Shown here in pieces: positions 39,125 to 49,959 of a DNA stretch of 64,000 nt. A program made the translations under genes and the position numbers. Source of the stretch: Octopus sinensis (taxonomy: Eukaryota). The notes beneath the pieces are model-generated. The model saw only the letters and a program-made list of their open reading frames with translations, did no database searches and was not told the DNA's origin. Numbering within the stretch: the stretch's first letter is position 1; every line of letters begins with the position of its first letter. The stretch is taken from the NCBI RefSeq assembly GCF_006345805.1, contig NC_042997.1, positions 127,844,001 to 127,908,000 of the forward strand. Reading direction: 5' to 3'.

Positions 39125-39172
39125 AGGCCTGCTGATGATTACGTAAGTATGAAATCACTGTGATACAGGTCT
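39125..39172 (+). ncRNA. Type I hammerhead ribozyme, copy 1
   Basis: AGGCCUG/CAGGUCU helix I (7 bp, one G-U), CUGAUGA core, U-UAC-GUAA-GUA-U helix II, GAAA, AUCAC-U-GUGAU helix III, AUA cleavage triplet (cut after 39165). Confidence 0.8.
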
Positions 39173-39603
39173 ATATTTTTAAATGTCTTACTTTGAAAAA
39201 TTGCATTCGGTGGGATTAGTAATATTTTTGGTAGAAATGACTGATTGTCCCTCTTAGCGTTTGGCATGTATGTATAATGCCTTCTGGCATGTATGTATAA
39301 TGCCCTCTATATATAAATTAATATGTTCAATAAGAAATAATTATTTTCGAAATTTTTTCTCTTATGAGGTTTTTACGCTATCTACCTGACAATTTCTTGT
39401 TAAGTTTTCCTTATTAAGTAGTTGTCCTTAATTGCTAAATTTTTATTCCGAAAAAACTTTTCCTCTCCCGAAATGCAATTCGTAAAAGTTTGCCATTTAC
39501 CCGGATGTAATATATGTAAACTCACCCATGTGCTTCGTTGATGTTGATCAGTTAGCTGATCGGCTTAAGCGGGGCAGGGTCGTTGTTTATTTATAATACA
39601 TTC

Positions 39604-39651
39604 AGGCCTGCTGATGATTACGTAAGTATGAAATCACTGTGATACAGGTCT
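39604..39651 (+). ncRNA. Type I hammerhead ribozyme, copy 2
   Basis: Identical to copy 1, 479 nt downstream (cut after 39644). Confidence 0.8.
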
Positions 39652-39890
39652 ATATTTTTAAATGTCTTACTTTGAAAAATTGCATTCGGTGGGATTAGTA
39701 ATATTTTTGGTAGAAATGACTGATTGTCCCTCTTAGCGTTTGGCATGTATGTATAATGCCTTCTGGCATGTATGTATAATGCCCTCTATATATAATATAT
39801 ATATATATAATATATATATATATATATAATATATATATATATACTAGCATTATGATCCGTCTTTGCCGGGTCATAGTGCTAGTGCATGTA

Positions 39891-39968
<78 letters not shown>

Positions 39969-40559
39969 TGTGTACATATTACATGTACATCTATATATAC
40001 ATCTACACATAAAATACAAAATACAAAGTTATATCTTGATATCGCTAGTGATAACAATACTGAAAATATATAACAGACTGGAATTGTAGGACTATTCCAT
40101 TTCTGCACACTAATTTTATTTTTAATTCATTCCCATTCATGTGAAACCACTTGTTCAAATTCAAATCCTTGATGCAATTTTATACCAATTGCTATTTTTA
40201 CTTTTGTTATGTATCGATTATATTATACTTTAGTTTGATTTTAATTATTACTTACTACATATAATTCAATTGTTATTATTATTTTTATTGTTAAAGTGAA
40301 AGTATCTGACATGAATTAGAGAAATGTTTTTGTTTCACTTTTAACACGTAATACTGAAATAGTGGAGAAGATATGATATTGTTATGGGCTCGCCCTAGGC
40401 AAGAAGTTGAACATGAAACTACATGGATTCTAAGTAAGGCATGTGTAACATTTGAATGAAATTGGTTGTGTAGTTCTCAAGTTTTAGGGAAACACACAGA
40501 CAGACAGACGGACAGACAGACACACACACATTCTCAGTTTTATATATAGAGAGATATAT

Positions 40560-40648
40560 ATAGTTAATCCAAACATGAAAGCACAAAAAACACAACAACG
40601 CGAGGACGTGGAACAAATATAGTATTATTGGACGCTCAGGAAAGAAGG

Positions 40649-40660
<12 letters not shown>
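40560..40660 (-). mobile_element. PLE pLTR-like 3' fragment
   Basis: Reverse complement CCTGAGCGTCCAATAATACTATATTTGTTCCACGTCCTCGCGTTGTTGTG...GGATTAACTATATAT has the same architecture as the other pLTR ends. Confidence 0.4.
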
Positions 40661-40690
<30 letters not shown>

Positions 40691-40929
40691 TGGTACAACA
40701 AAGCACCAATGTTTACTGGAAATAGCAGTCGATACACTTACGACGCTATAGTAAAGCTTCAATGTGCATATACTGGCAAAGACGTGTGAGGGCAGCAAAC
40801 ATAAAAAAAATTTGTCTTTCCTCTAGGAAGAACATTATAGAAATGGACCACTAGAATCGGATTATCCAGTACCTAGGTATATATATATATTATTGCATAG
40901 ACGAAGAATAGTAATTGGAAAGGAAGAAT

Positions 40930-41395
40930 TACATTTATGAACATGTTAAAAGTTTTAACATCATAGACTATACGTTTAGATATGAAAAAAATGACTGTGA
41001 AATGCTACATATGATCCTTACACTTATATGGTGCAGAAATATAGTCATTTACGAAAAATCTGTGTGACAAACTGGGAGCTTTTGAAATGTTGTCATCTAG
41101 TAGAAATTAAAGAATATTTTGGGTGAAACATAAAATTTAAAACCAATGAAGAAGTGCTACAACTAGCAAATACAAAACGATCATACCTCTCAGCTGTCTA
41201 AAAAAGAAAGGCAATGTGCTTTGGTCCCATAGTCAGAGCATAAGGTATACAGTAACTATTACTACAAGGAAAGATAAATGACAAACACACGAGAAGATCT
41301 AGAACAAACTTGTCGTATAGGAATGGCAGAGAAAAGACTCGAATTGAGGTCCTTGATATTCAAAGTGCTGAGAGTAAGAGATAACAAATGATGAT
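40930..41395 (+). mobile_element. RTE-clade LINE C-terminal fossil
   Basis: VKCYI*SLHLYGAE...LGAFEM...TNEEVLQLANTKR...LLLQGKI. Confidence 0.7.
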
Positions 41396-42813
41396 GATGA
41401 TTGCATGCGCTGTTGTTTAGTCTCTGGTCAGCTCTGCTTCTCTGATTGAGCAGATCTTGTGACCCAAGACATTTCAGCGACGAAACACCTGTATTTTTCA
41501 ATAAAAGAGATTATATAATCCAACTACTACTTTTCGTAAATCGATAAGGTACGATTTAAGGAAAATCTAGTTGCTATTTCTGGCATGTCAGGTAACTACA
41601 GTTTGAGCCTCCCTCGTTGATTCGTTTGCTACTGTTACTGCTGCTTCTGCTGATTCTTCCGTTGCTAGTGTAAAACGAACCAGGGAACTGATTCCATTAC
41701 TCTTTCATTTATTTTCCTCCACCAATGACACAGCACTTAACCCTTTTTTACCCAGCAACCATTGCCCATTTTATTACACGTGCCACTCCGATATAGAACA
41801 CACATCTTTCAGACATAGAACACATATAGCTCTCAGACATCGAACATATTTAATGCTTAGCAATTCTCTTTCTCTCTCTCTCTTTCTCTCTCTCTTTCTC
41901 ACTCTCTCTCTCTCTATCTCTCTCTTTCTCACTCTCTCTCTCTCTCTCTCACACACACTCACATACACATGCACAAACACTCTCCCTTTTTCTCTCCTCC
42001 GCTGTCCCTCTCCCTCTCTTTTAGCTCATCTCTGCTCAATACTCTACGCAAGCTCTATCTCACACATTTCATATATCTCCATTGCCGCTTAAATATCCAC
42101 TTTTCAAGCGGCAATTGGTTCATTAAGGTCTTTTGAAGCTGTGTTTTATAGTTGCCCATTGCTGATGCCAACTTTATGCAGTCAGCTCTTACTATATACA
42201 GAAGTATAATTTACATAGCGATGCTGTTATGTTAAACAGTCGTATGTCCAAATTTGGCCAAACGTGTTTTTTTTCCTCAATATTTAATTTTGCTTGCACT
42301 AGCTAGTTCCTTTGGTCAAACTATCGTATGTCCAGCTGTTTCAGATGAAAATTGTCAAAGTGTAGTACAATTAGCCTTTTTCAAAAATGTAGTACATCCC
42401 ACATACGACAGTTTTGCAAAAGTATTTCTGACTGGAAATATCATACATGCATGGAGTTACGATTTTATGCACCCAACAAAGTATTATTGTTAAGCTGAAT
42501 CTGTTGCTAATTTAGAAAGAAATGGAAAGTGAAGCTATTTTTCGTTTTCTGAAAATTCAACGTTTTGAACTTACGACACTTTTAAAAACCACGATACACT
42601 CAATGGATCGGAATACAGACGAGACTCTACGTTCAGTGGCCATATCTCACTACTGCACATAATCATACTTCATATGCCAGCTGTGGTCTTCTTATAAGTA
42701 GAGACATGGTCGTTTTTTTCGTCCATATTTTCACCTCAGCATGAGTTAAGCAAATGCATATTATTAAGACATTATTTTTATCATCAGATGCCCTTCTTCT
42801 CGTTAACTCTTAC

Positions 42814-42883
42814 CTATTTCCAAGAAAGGGAACATTTTTTCCACACGTCTTCAAAAGTGCTGAGTTACCGGACGATGTGTTGG
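42814..42883 (-). CDS. Candidate 70-nt internal coding exon (NTSSGNSALLKTCGKNVPFLGN), unidentified gene
   Basis: Acceptor ctgtttttgtcatctctcag and consensus donor AG|gtaaga; only one open frame (phase 1 to 2); unique sequence. Confidence 0.4.
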
Positions 42884-43619
42884 CTGAGAGATGACAAAAA
42901 CAGTTACCGTTCATGGCGGGGCTATTTTATTTTCAAAGCAGCGGAGAATGTAGGCATTTATATACACCCACCCATGCTTACATACATGCATGCATATCAT
43001 GCACGCACGCACACACACACACACACATATATACATACATATATACACATATATATTGGCCTGTTCGCTTAGCCAGCGGGGTGGCGTCATTTGAAGGCTA
43101 AAACAATGCGAAGCGCATTGTGACCAGCGATGTGTAGCAACATCTGATAGCCTGGTCGGTCACGTGATATACATATATATATATGCACATATATATACAT
43201 ATATGTGTGTGTATATATATACATGTATGTATGTATGTATGTACATGTATGTATGTATATATGGATATGTGTGTGTATATATTCACATATACATGTATAT
43301 GTGTGTGTGCGTGCGCGCTTATGTACGTGTGTATGTGCGTGTGCATGTGTGTGCATGTGTGTGCGTGTGCGTGTGTGTGCGTGTGTGTGCGTGTGTGTAC
43401 GCACGTATGTGTGTTTGTGCATGTTCTCTACTACAGATTAACAACTACTTTTGATTTGTTTACATCTCCGTATAGTTGCAGTCAAGCAAAAGTGACAGGT
43501 AACCAAACCTAAAAATGAGTTACGGGGTTCGTTTGTTCGACTAAATCCTTTATGGCAGTGCCCCCGCTTGGCCGCAGCTCAATGACTGAAGCAAGTAAAA
43601 GAAAAAAAAGAATAGATGT

Positions 43620-43790
43620 TACATGCAGTCTATCCTTCCCACATAGAGACTCCTCGCTGCCAAAAGAAGCACCAACTACCTGAATTACATCCAAACTTGC
43701 GTTACCCCTGTCAACTATGCTATCATTACTCTCCATCTGGACTTATTATTTGATTGCCTAGATAACAACGGCAGCCAACAAAAAATCTCC
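43620..43790 (-). mobile_element. RTE-clade LINE fossil
   Basis: Frameshifted F..L..QI....DSIV.R...W..FR.L..LLAA.SL.V..R resembles the post-RT segment of RTE elements. Confidence 0.5.
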
Positions 43791-44329
43791 AGTGAACTCT
43801 CTGAGAATGCTGACCTAACTATTCTTGTGTATCATACACAACTGAAGTCTTGCTTCTCTCTTATTCTGCCAGAGACGGCTACAATAACTTTAATATATCA
43901 CTTGTTTTCACAAATACACAGAATTGTGTGACTATCAGTTACTTTCCTATTTATCAATAGATGCGTCCAAATATGCACATGATGTTACCATATTAACATA
44001 ATATCACTATATACAAATGATATAAATCACTTTATGCACACACAAGATATCAATGTGTGTTCATTATATCAATATACGTACTTACCTGATATCAGTATAT
44101 TAAAATTACTTCAAAATATGCATATATCACTGTATACATATATCACGATATACGTATAATACTACGTTATACATGTAATTGTACATATACATGATATGAT
44201 TATATACACATGATATCAATATCATATACACATGATACCAATATATGCACGGCACAAATAATGTCGACTTCCATTTTAAAATTCTACCCAACGATCGGTT
44301 CACGTGCCATCTGCAAGAATTCATGTTTG

Positions 44330-45131
44330 CGTCACATCACAACACGAAGGCAGAACTATTTCGCCTGAAGCGGCCCTGCTCTCTTTAACATCATGCCAAG
44401 ACATCATGTCCGTGTATGGCAGGTTTGGTAGCCTTCAACTAATATTATCTCCTCCGAGACCCTGCGGCGCAAGTTGACCAAAATTGAGAGTATGATAGAA
44501 GAAGGCTTGCTCTTCCTTCCGTAGAAGAAAAAATTCAAATCGGACCATGTTAACACCAAAAATTATTTACATCAAAAACGTGTTTTGTATATAATGTTAA
44601 CTTGTGTATGGTGATATCGCATTCATACAGTGATATCATGTTTATTTTGACAGCATGTACGGATAGGGATGTCATGTCTCAATATATTTATACCTAGATA
44701 ATTTTCGGCCAGAATTGGCCCAAATCTCGTCCACCTTGATAGCCCCACATATATCATATTACACTCATTTATCATATTACACTCATTCATTAGGCACCAT
44801 AGCACGTTCAAATAAAGAGTTATTGTTTGCAGGGATATATCCGGATGGGGGTGGTTTATCTGGAATTTGTTGGCGATATTCGTCTAGGAACAATTTGAAT
44901 GTCATGAGATCTTCTTTTATGTGTCTTGGAAATAGGGATTTTCATAGAAAAAAAGCACCTTTTTGAAGTAAATAATTTTTGGTGTTAACATGGTCCGATT
45001 TGAATGTTTTCTTCTACGGAAGGAAGAGCAAGCCTTCTTCTATCATACTCTCAATTTTGGTTAACTTGCGCCGCAGGGTCTCTGAGGAGATAGTATTAGT
45101 TGAAGGCTACCAAACCTGCCATACACGGACA
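44330..45131. repeat. CR1 3' fragment split by an inversion bounded by 176-bp inverted repeats
   Basis: Arms 44407-44582 and 44956-45131 (a few mismatches); CR1 sequence on + at 44330-44403 continues on - at 44929-44780. Confidence 0.85.
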
Positions 45132-45677
45132 ACTTCAGCTTTATATAGAGAGAAAGATAGAGATTATATACACATAATATGACGTCAAAATATGTACATG
45201 ATATCAGATAGTACCACGGTATCAACGTATGAATGTGATATCAGCATACAGATATGATATCAATATACGCACATATCGACAGATGCAATTCTTGCTCTAA
45301 AAATGTAAAATAAATCCAATTCTATATAAACGAAATCTGGTCTTTTATTTTCCACCATTAATACTACGTATACAATACTACACAACCATCTCTCCCTCCT
45401 ACACGCATTCGTACGCACATACGCCTATAGATTTTTGCCTACAAGTATGTGCATGTATGTATGTAATATTCATATATTTGTGTTTCTCTAGCTTTATATA
45501 CAAACAGATAAACACACATATATGCATGTATGCATTTATATATATATATAAAAAAACATACATACACATACATATATATGATATATATATTATGTATATA
45601 TATATATGTATATATATGTGTATATATATATATACATATATATGTATGTATGCATTTATATATATAAAAACATACAT

Positions 45678-45716
<39 letters not shown>

Positions 45717-46360
45717 GTATATATATATACATATATATGTATGCATTTATATATATATATATAAGCACACACATATATATATATGTGTGTATGTGTATAT
45801 ATATATATGTATACATATATATATATATACATATATACACACACTTATTTATAGTGTATGTGTCTGTGTATATATATGTATGCATATGTGTGTGTGTGTG
45901 TGTATTTATACGTACGTAAATATACGTAAATAAGTTTATATATGTATGTAGGCATATCTGTATGAATTTGCTTCCGCCTGTGTGTGCGTATGTGTGTTAG
46001 TGTGGACACCCACAACCATGAACACCCACATACGTACGTAAAGCGCCACACACTCAAACACATAAATATATAAGTGGATTTAGAGTTTGATTAATTTAAT
46101 TTTCTTCTTCTTCTTCTTCTTGCTCTCTATCTTATTGAGTGTTTGTGTCTTTGAGATTTAAATATGAAAATTATAGATGTAAGAGTTCAGTACTAATATT
46201 TCGAGATAAGTATATTGGCTGAGATTATTAAGAAACATTTCAAAGAATTTAACCACAGGTTAAAATTATAACAATCATAGTAGTGATATTTTAATATTAT
46301 ATATGTGTGTGTGTTTGTTTTTGTGTTTGTGTACACACACACAAACACACAAATGCACAC

Positions 46361-46406
<46 letters not shown>

Positions 46407-46510
46407 TATATATATAGTATATTATATAAATTCCTAATTTGTATATATAATACATATATTTGTAAACAGAAATGATATATATATATACAATAGATAGATA
46501 GATAGGTACA

Positions 46511-46542
<32 letters not shown>

Positions 46543-46938
46543 GATATATGCACATATATACACACACATACATATATGCATATACATATATATACATGCA
46601 TGTACATATATATACATATATACATGCATGTATATATATATATACAGAGACGGACAGACACACGGACACACAGACAGAAACAGAGACAGGAAGATAGAAT
46701 AGGCAGATAGTTAGATATCCATATATGCATATGCACATATGTACATACATGAATACATAAATATATGTATTTGTGTGTGTGTATATATCTGTGTGTGTGC
46801 GTGCGTGTGTGTATTTATGTATGTATGTATGTATGTATGTATAGATGCATGTATGTATATGTATGTATATGTAAATATATAAATACATATAAATATAAAT
46901 ATATATATATGAGTTTATATATATATATATAATATATA

Positions 46939-46969
<31 letters not shown>

Positions 46970-47266
46970 CATATACACACTTACGCACGCGCCAAACACC
47001 CGGACACACATATATACATACACCCACCCAAACACATACCTAACTGTGTGTGTATACGTGCATGTAATTTATGTATATGCATGCGTATGTATGTATGTAT
47101 ATATGTACGTGTGTGTGTATCTCCATCTACGTATGTACGTCTATACAATGTTTTATCTAATATTACATATTTAGTAATTTATCTTTCGTACATTTCCAAA
47201 TATTTGTCCTTGCAAATTTGCAAGTTATTCAAATGTTGTACATTTGTCTTGCCCTGTGGTAAAAGA

Positions 47267-47301
47267 ATTATTATTATCATTATTATTATTATTACTACTT
47301 C

Positions 47302-47394
<93 letters not shown>

Positions 47395-47990
47395 TTAGGC
47401 TTATTTTTGTTGTGCTTTTACTGCTGCGCAGCTAGTTGCAGATATGTGCACCTTGGGTATATGCATTACTGTTTTTCCATTAGTCTGCATTGTTAGTGTT
47501 ACTCATTGTTTTTCTTTTTCTCTGCTATATCACCAAGTGCACCTCTGCGCCTTAGATGCATATCTTATTTTTGTGGATGCTCTCCTCTTTTTTTTTGCAT
47601 TGAATATATTGTATATGGTCTGTGTCGAGTCATGCTTGTTATCATATGCTTTGTATGTGTGTAACTCTTATGTTTCTGGGCTATGTGTTAGTCTCTATAC
47701 TTTTTTCGATTCCTAAGGCGCCCATTATTATAGGAATTGTTTCTGTTTCATGCACGCACACCTCTCACATATTCTGGTTATCTGTTTCTAGATTTTTTTT
47801 TTCATAGTTGGATGGTTTCATTATTTCTTTCAAAGAGATGTTGTCATCTGTTGAAGTTGATATGTTAATTAGGAAACACTTTTATGCTCTTTAGTAACGG
47901 AGACATTTTTGTGTCGGAACGATATTTTTTTGTCTTCCCTTCTGTAAAATGACATGCGCTTCTCTGACTTGTTCTGTGTAATACGTTCAT
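47267..47990 (-). mobile_element. R4/Dong-like 3' end with (AAT)n tail, degraded
   Basis: KCFLINIST..DDNISLKE...ETIPIIMGALG; (ATT)n at 47267-47392. Confidence 0.75.
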
Positions 47991-48150
47991 ACCATTTCAC
48001 ATAACCATGTAATTGATATCACTTAATAAGCAAAACTGAAGTATCGATTTTAAAGTCACATGGGCTGTACATTGCGCTTTTCCTCATCTACATTATGTCA
48101 AGAAACTCCTCCATTTAATGAGGAAATTCATTCTTTAAAACATTCACAGA

Positions 48151-48485
48151 TATTTACCTCCGCCTTAGCGAAGGCGGGGGTATTGTCCGCAGGATGGATT
48201 CAGTTGAAAATTTCAGTGATGTTTGGTCTCGTGACTGGCACAAACTGATTAGATTTGGGGATCGATCTGGTACCGGACAAGGATTCTAGATTATTTTTCC
48301 TGTTTTTGTTTTTTTTTTTTTACTTAATTTTTCAGAGCAGTCAAGTTCATTTTTAGTATTCTCGTTTGTGAGAGCAGTCAAGTTTATTTCAGATATTCCC
48401 ATTTTAAAAATCATCTCCGACTAATCGTTGACAGGACGTTGGTGTTGCCTAGGCGGAGGTTTGCTCTCCCTGAGAGTTCTTCTTT
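48151..48485 (+). mobile_element. Non-autonomous Helentron-like element (HINE/DINE-1 type)
   Basis: 5' TTTACCTCCGCCTTAGCGAAGGCGG stem-loop and subterminal inverted repeat ACCTCCGCC (48156) / GGCGGAGGT (48452), followed by TTGCTCTCCCTGAG. Confidence 0.65.
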
Positions 48486-49959
48486 ATTATTAAAATTATA
48501 TTTCCTTGCAGTGAAGTATTTGTGAAACCGGAGATAATTTAATATAACAAGGATTTTTGTAACGTAATTAACATTCCGGAATTTGCCTATGTTATTCAAA
48601 TATATACCACAAGCCACTTCCGGTTATTTCTCTAAACACATATTCGTTTAGTTTATGCAAATTACTTCAGCCATTACTGTTTTGTTTTTTACCTTGTTTT
48701 GCATAAGTTTATGTTGTGTGGCTACGCGAGGTTAGGTCGGGCAAGTGGCACGCTGATGATGGTTATTGAGCGAGAAACACATGTCCACAACTGTCCTATT
48801 ATCTCCAGACAATAAGCCAGTCTCTTTCCTTAATGGCATATCAGTTATGGAGAATCCGTGAATCTTGAGTTTATCGCCCATCCTAAGACAGACGTTGGTC
48901 ATAAATGCCATTTAGTAATTATGATACACCATCTCGAGCCGGAGATAATGTTAAAAAGTCAAGTATATATGTTGCACAATATTTAATATACCGGTATCTG
49001 TCTATGTTATTCATCAAATACATGTCACTGGTCATTTCGAGCTATTTATCTTACCTTGTCTTTGTTTCAATTAAGTAAATTATTTGACTGTGTTCGACTT
49101 TAAAGAAAATAATTTTTTCCAACATTTATTCAGTGATGAATTTTGTTGTAGCTGAGATCTTTAAAGTAATTGCTGATATCAGTTATCATGTTGCTATTGA
49201 AGTTATTTTGCCTTCATGTATGTTCTCAGTTCATTCTTTTGCCAGTACACAATAAATTTGATAAACCTAAGCCTAAATAATTCTGTAGGAAATGACCCTG
49301 TACTTTCAAATAACAGCGAGCAAGCTTTTAACAATGTCTTTAAAGGTTTCGTGTTTCCCAGAGGTTTGAGATAGCTGGTGAAAACGCATTCGATAATTTT
49401 CTTTCAACTTTCATTATCTGATAAGCTAGTAAACATTCCAGCATTTAAGATTTTCTTATTGAAGTAAGGATTTTCAGATAAAGGTATTTTAAAACAAACT
49501 ATTTCTAATCTGTTTCTTATGATTATCTCTTCCCTCGGAGTTAGTTGGATTAATGGCTATTACATTATTTTTGAAAATTATTTGAGAATATTTAAACCAT
49601 CATCTTAAGCAGTTCCCTTCGCAGACCTCAAACAACCAATGCCCAAAATAGCTACAGCTTCATTGCAGCTATTCAGAGGTACCCTGCCTTTAGAAAATAG
49701 AACTCATCCACTTCTATCCAACCAGGTTACTTTTACTCAACGTCTAAAACTTTAACTGGCACTCTCAAGTGAGCACTATACTTTCGCTAATTTCTTCAGG
49801 GTCATATATAGCCACGATTAGATATAGACATCCTCTTGCCTCTCCTACGTTTGACAAAGGAAGCATCGAGAAAGTGGCAACTACAGACAGGAAGGAAGGG
49901 CTGCCCAGCACCCAGCCGGTACTATAAAGAAAATACAAACATTGGGACATTAATTTTGA

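Larger units (their letters stand above)
38742..39793 (+). mobile_element. Non-coding PLE-derived / retrozyme-like element: inverted 160-bp terminal segment plus ~1.9 tandem copies of a 479-bp hammerhead-bearing unit
   Basis: 38901-39379 repeats at 39380-39793 (period 479, no differences seen); 38742-38901 is the reverse complement of ~39276-39436; set in (TA)n; no ORF. Confidence 0.85.

Noticed and set aside
42254-42493. ORF resembling a secreted peptide (…YLILLALASSFGQTIVCP…)
   Set aside because: Starts at TTG, not ATG, and overlaps a dispersed repeat also present at 16268-16408.
48753-48790. CTGATGA…GAAACACATGTC hammerhead-like string
   Set aside because: Neither helix II nor helix I can form.
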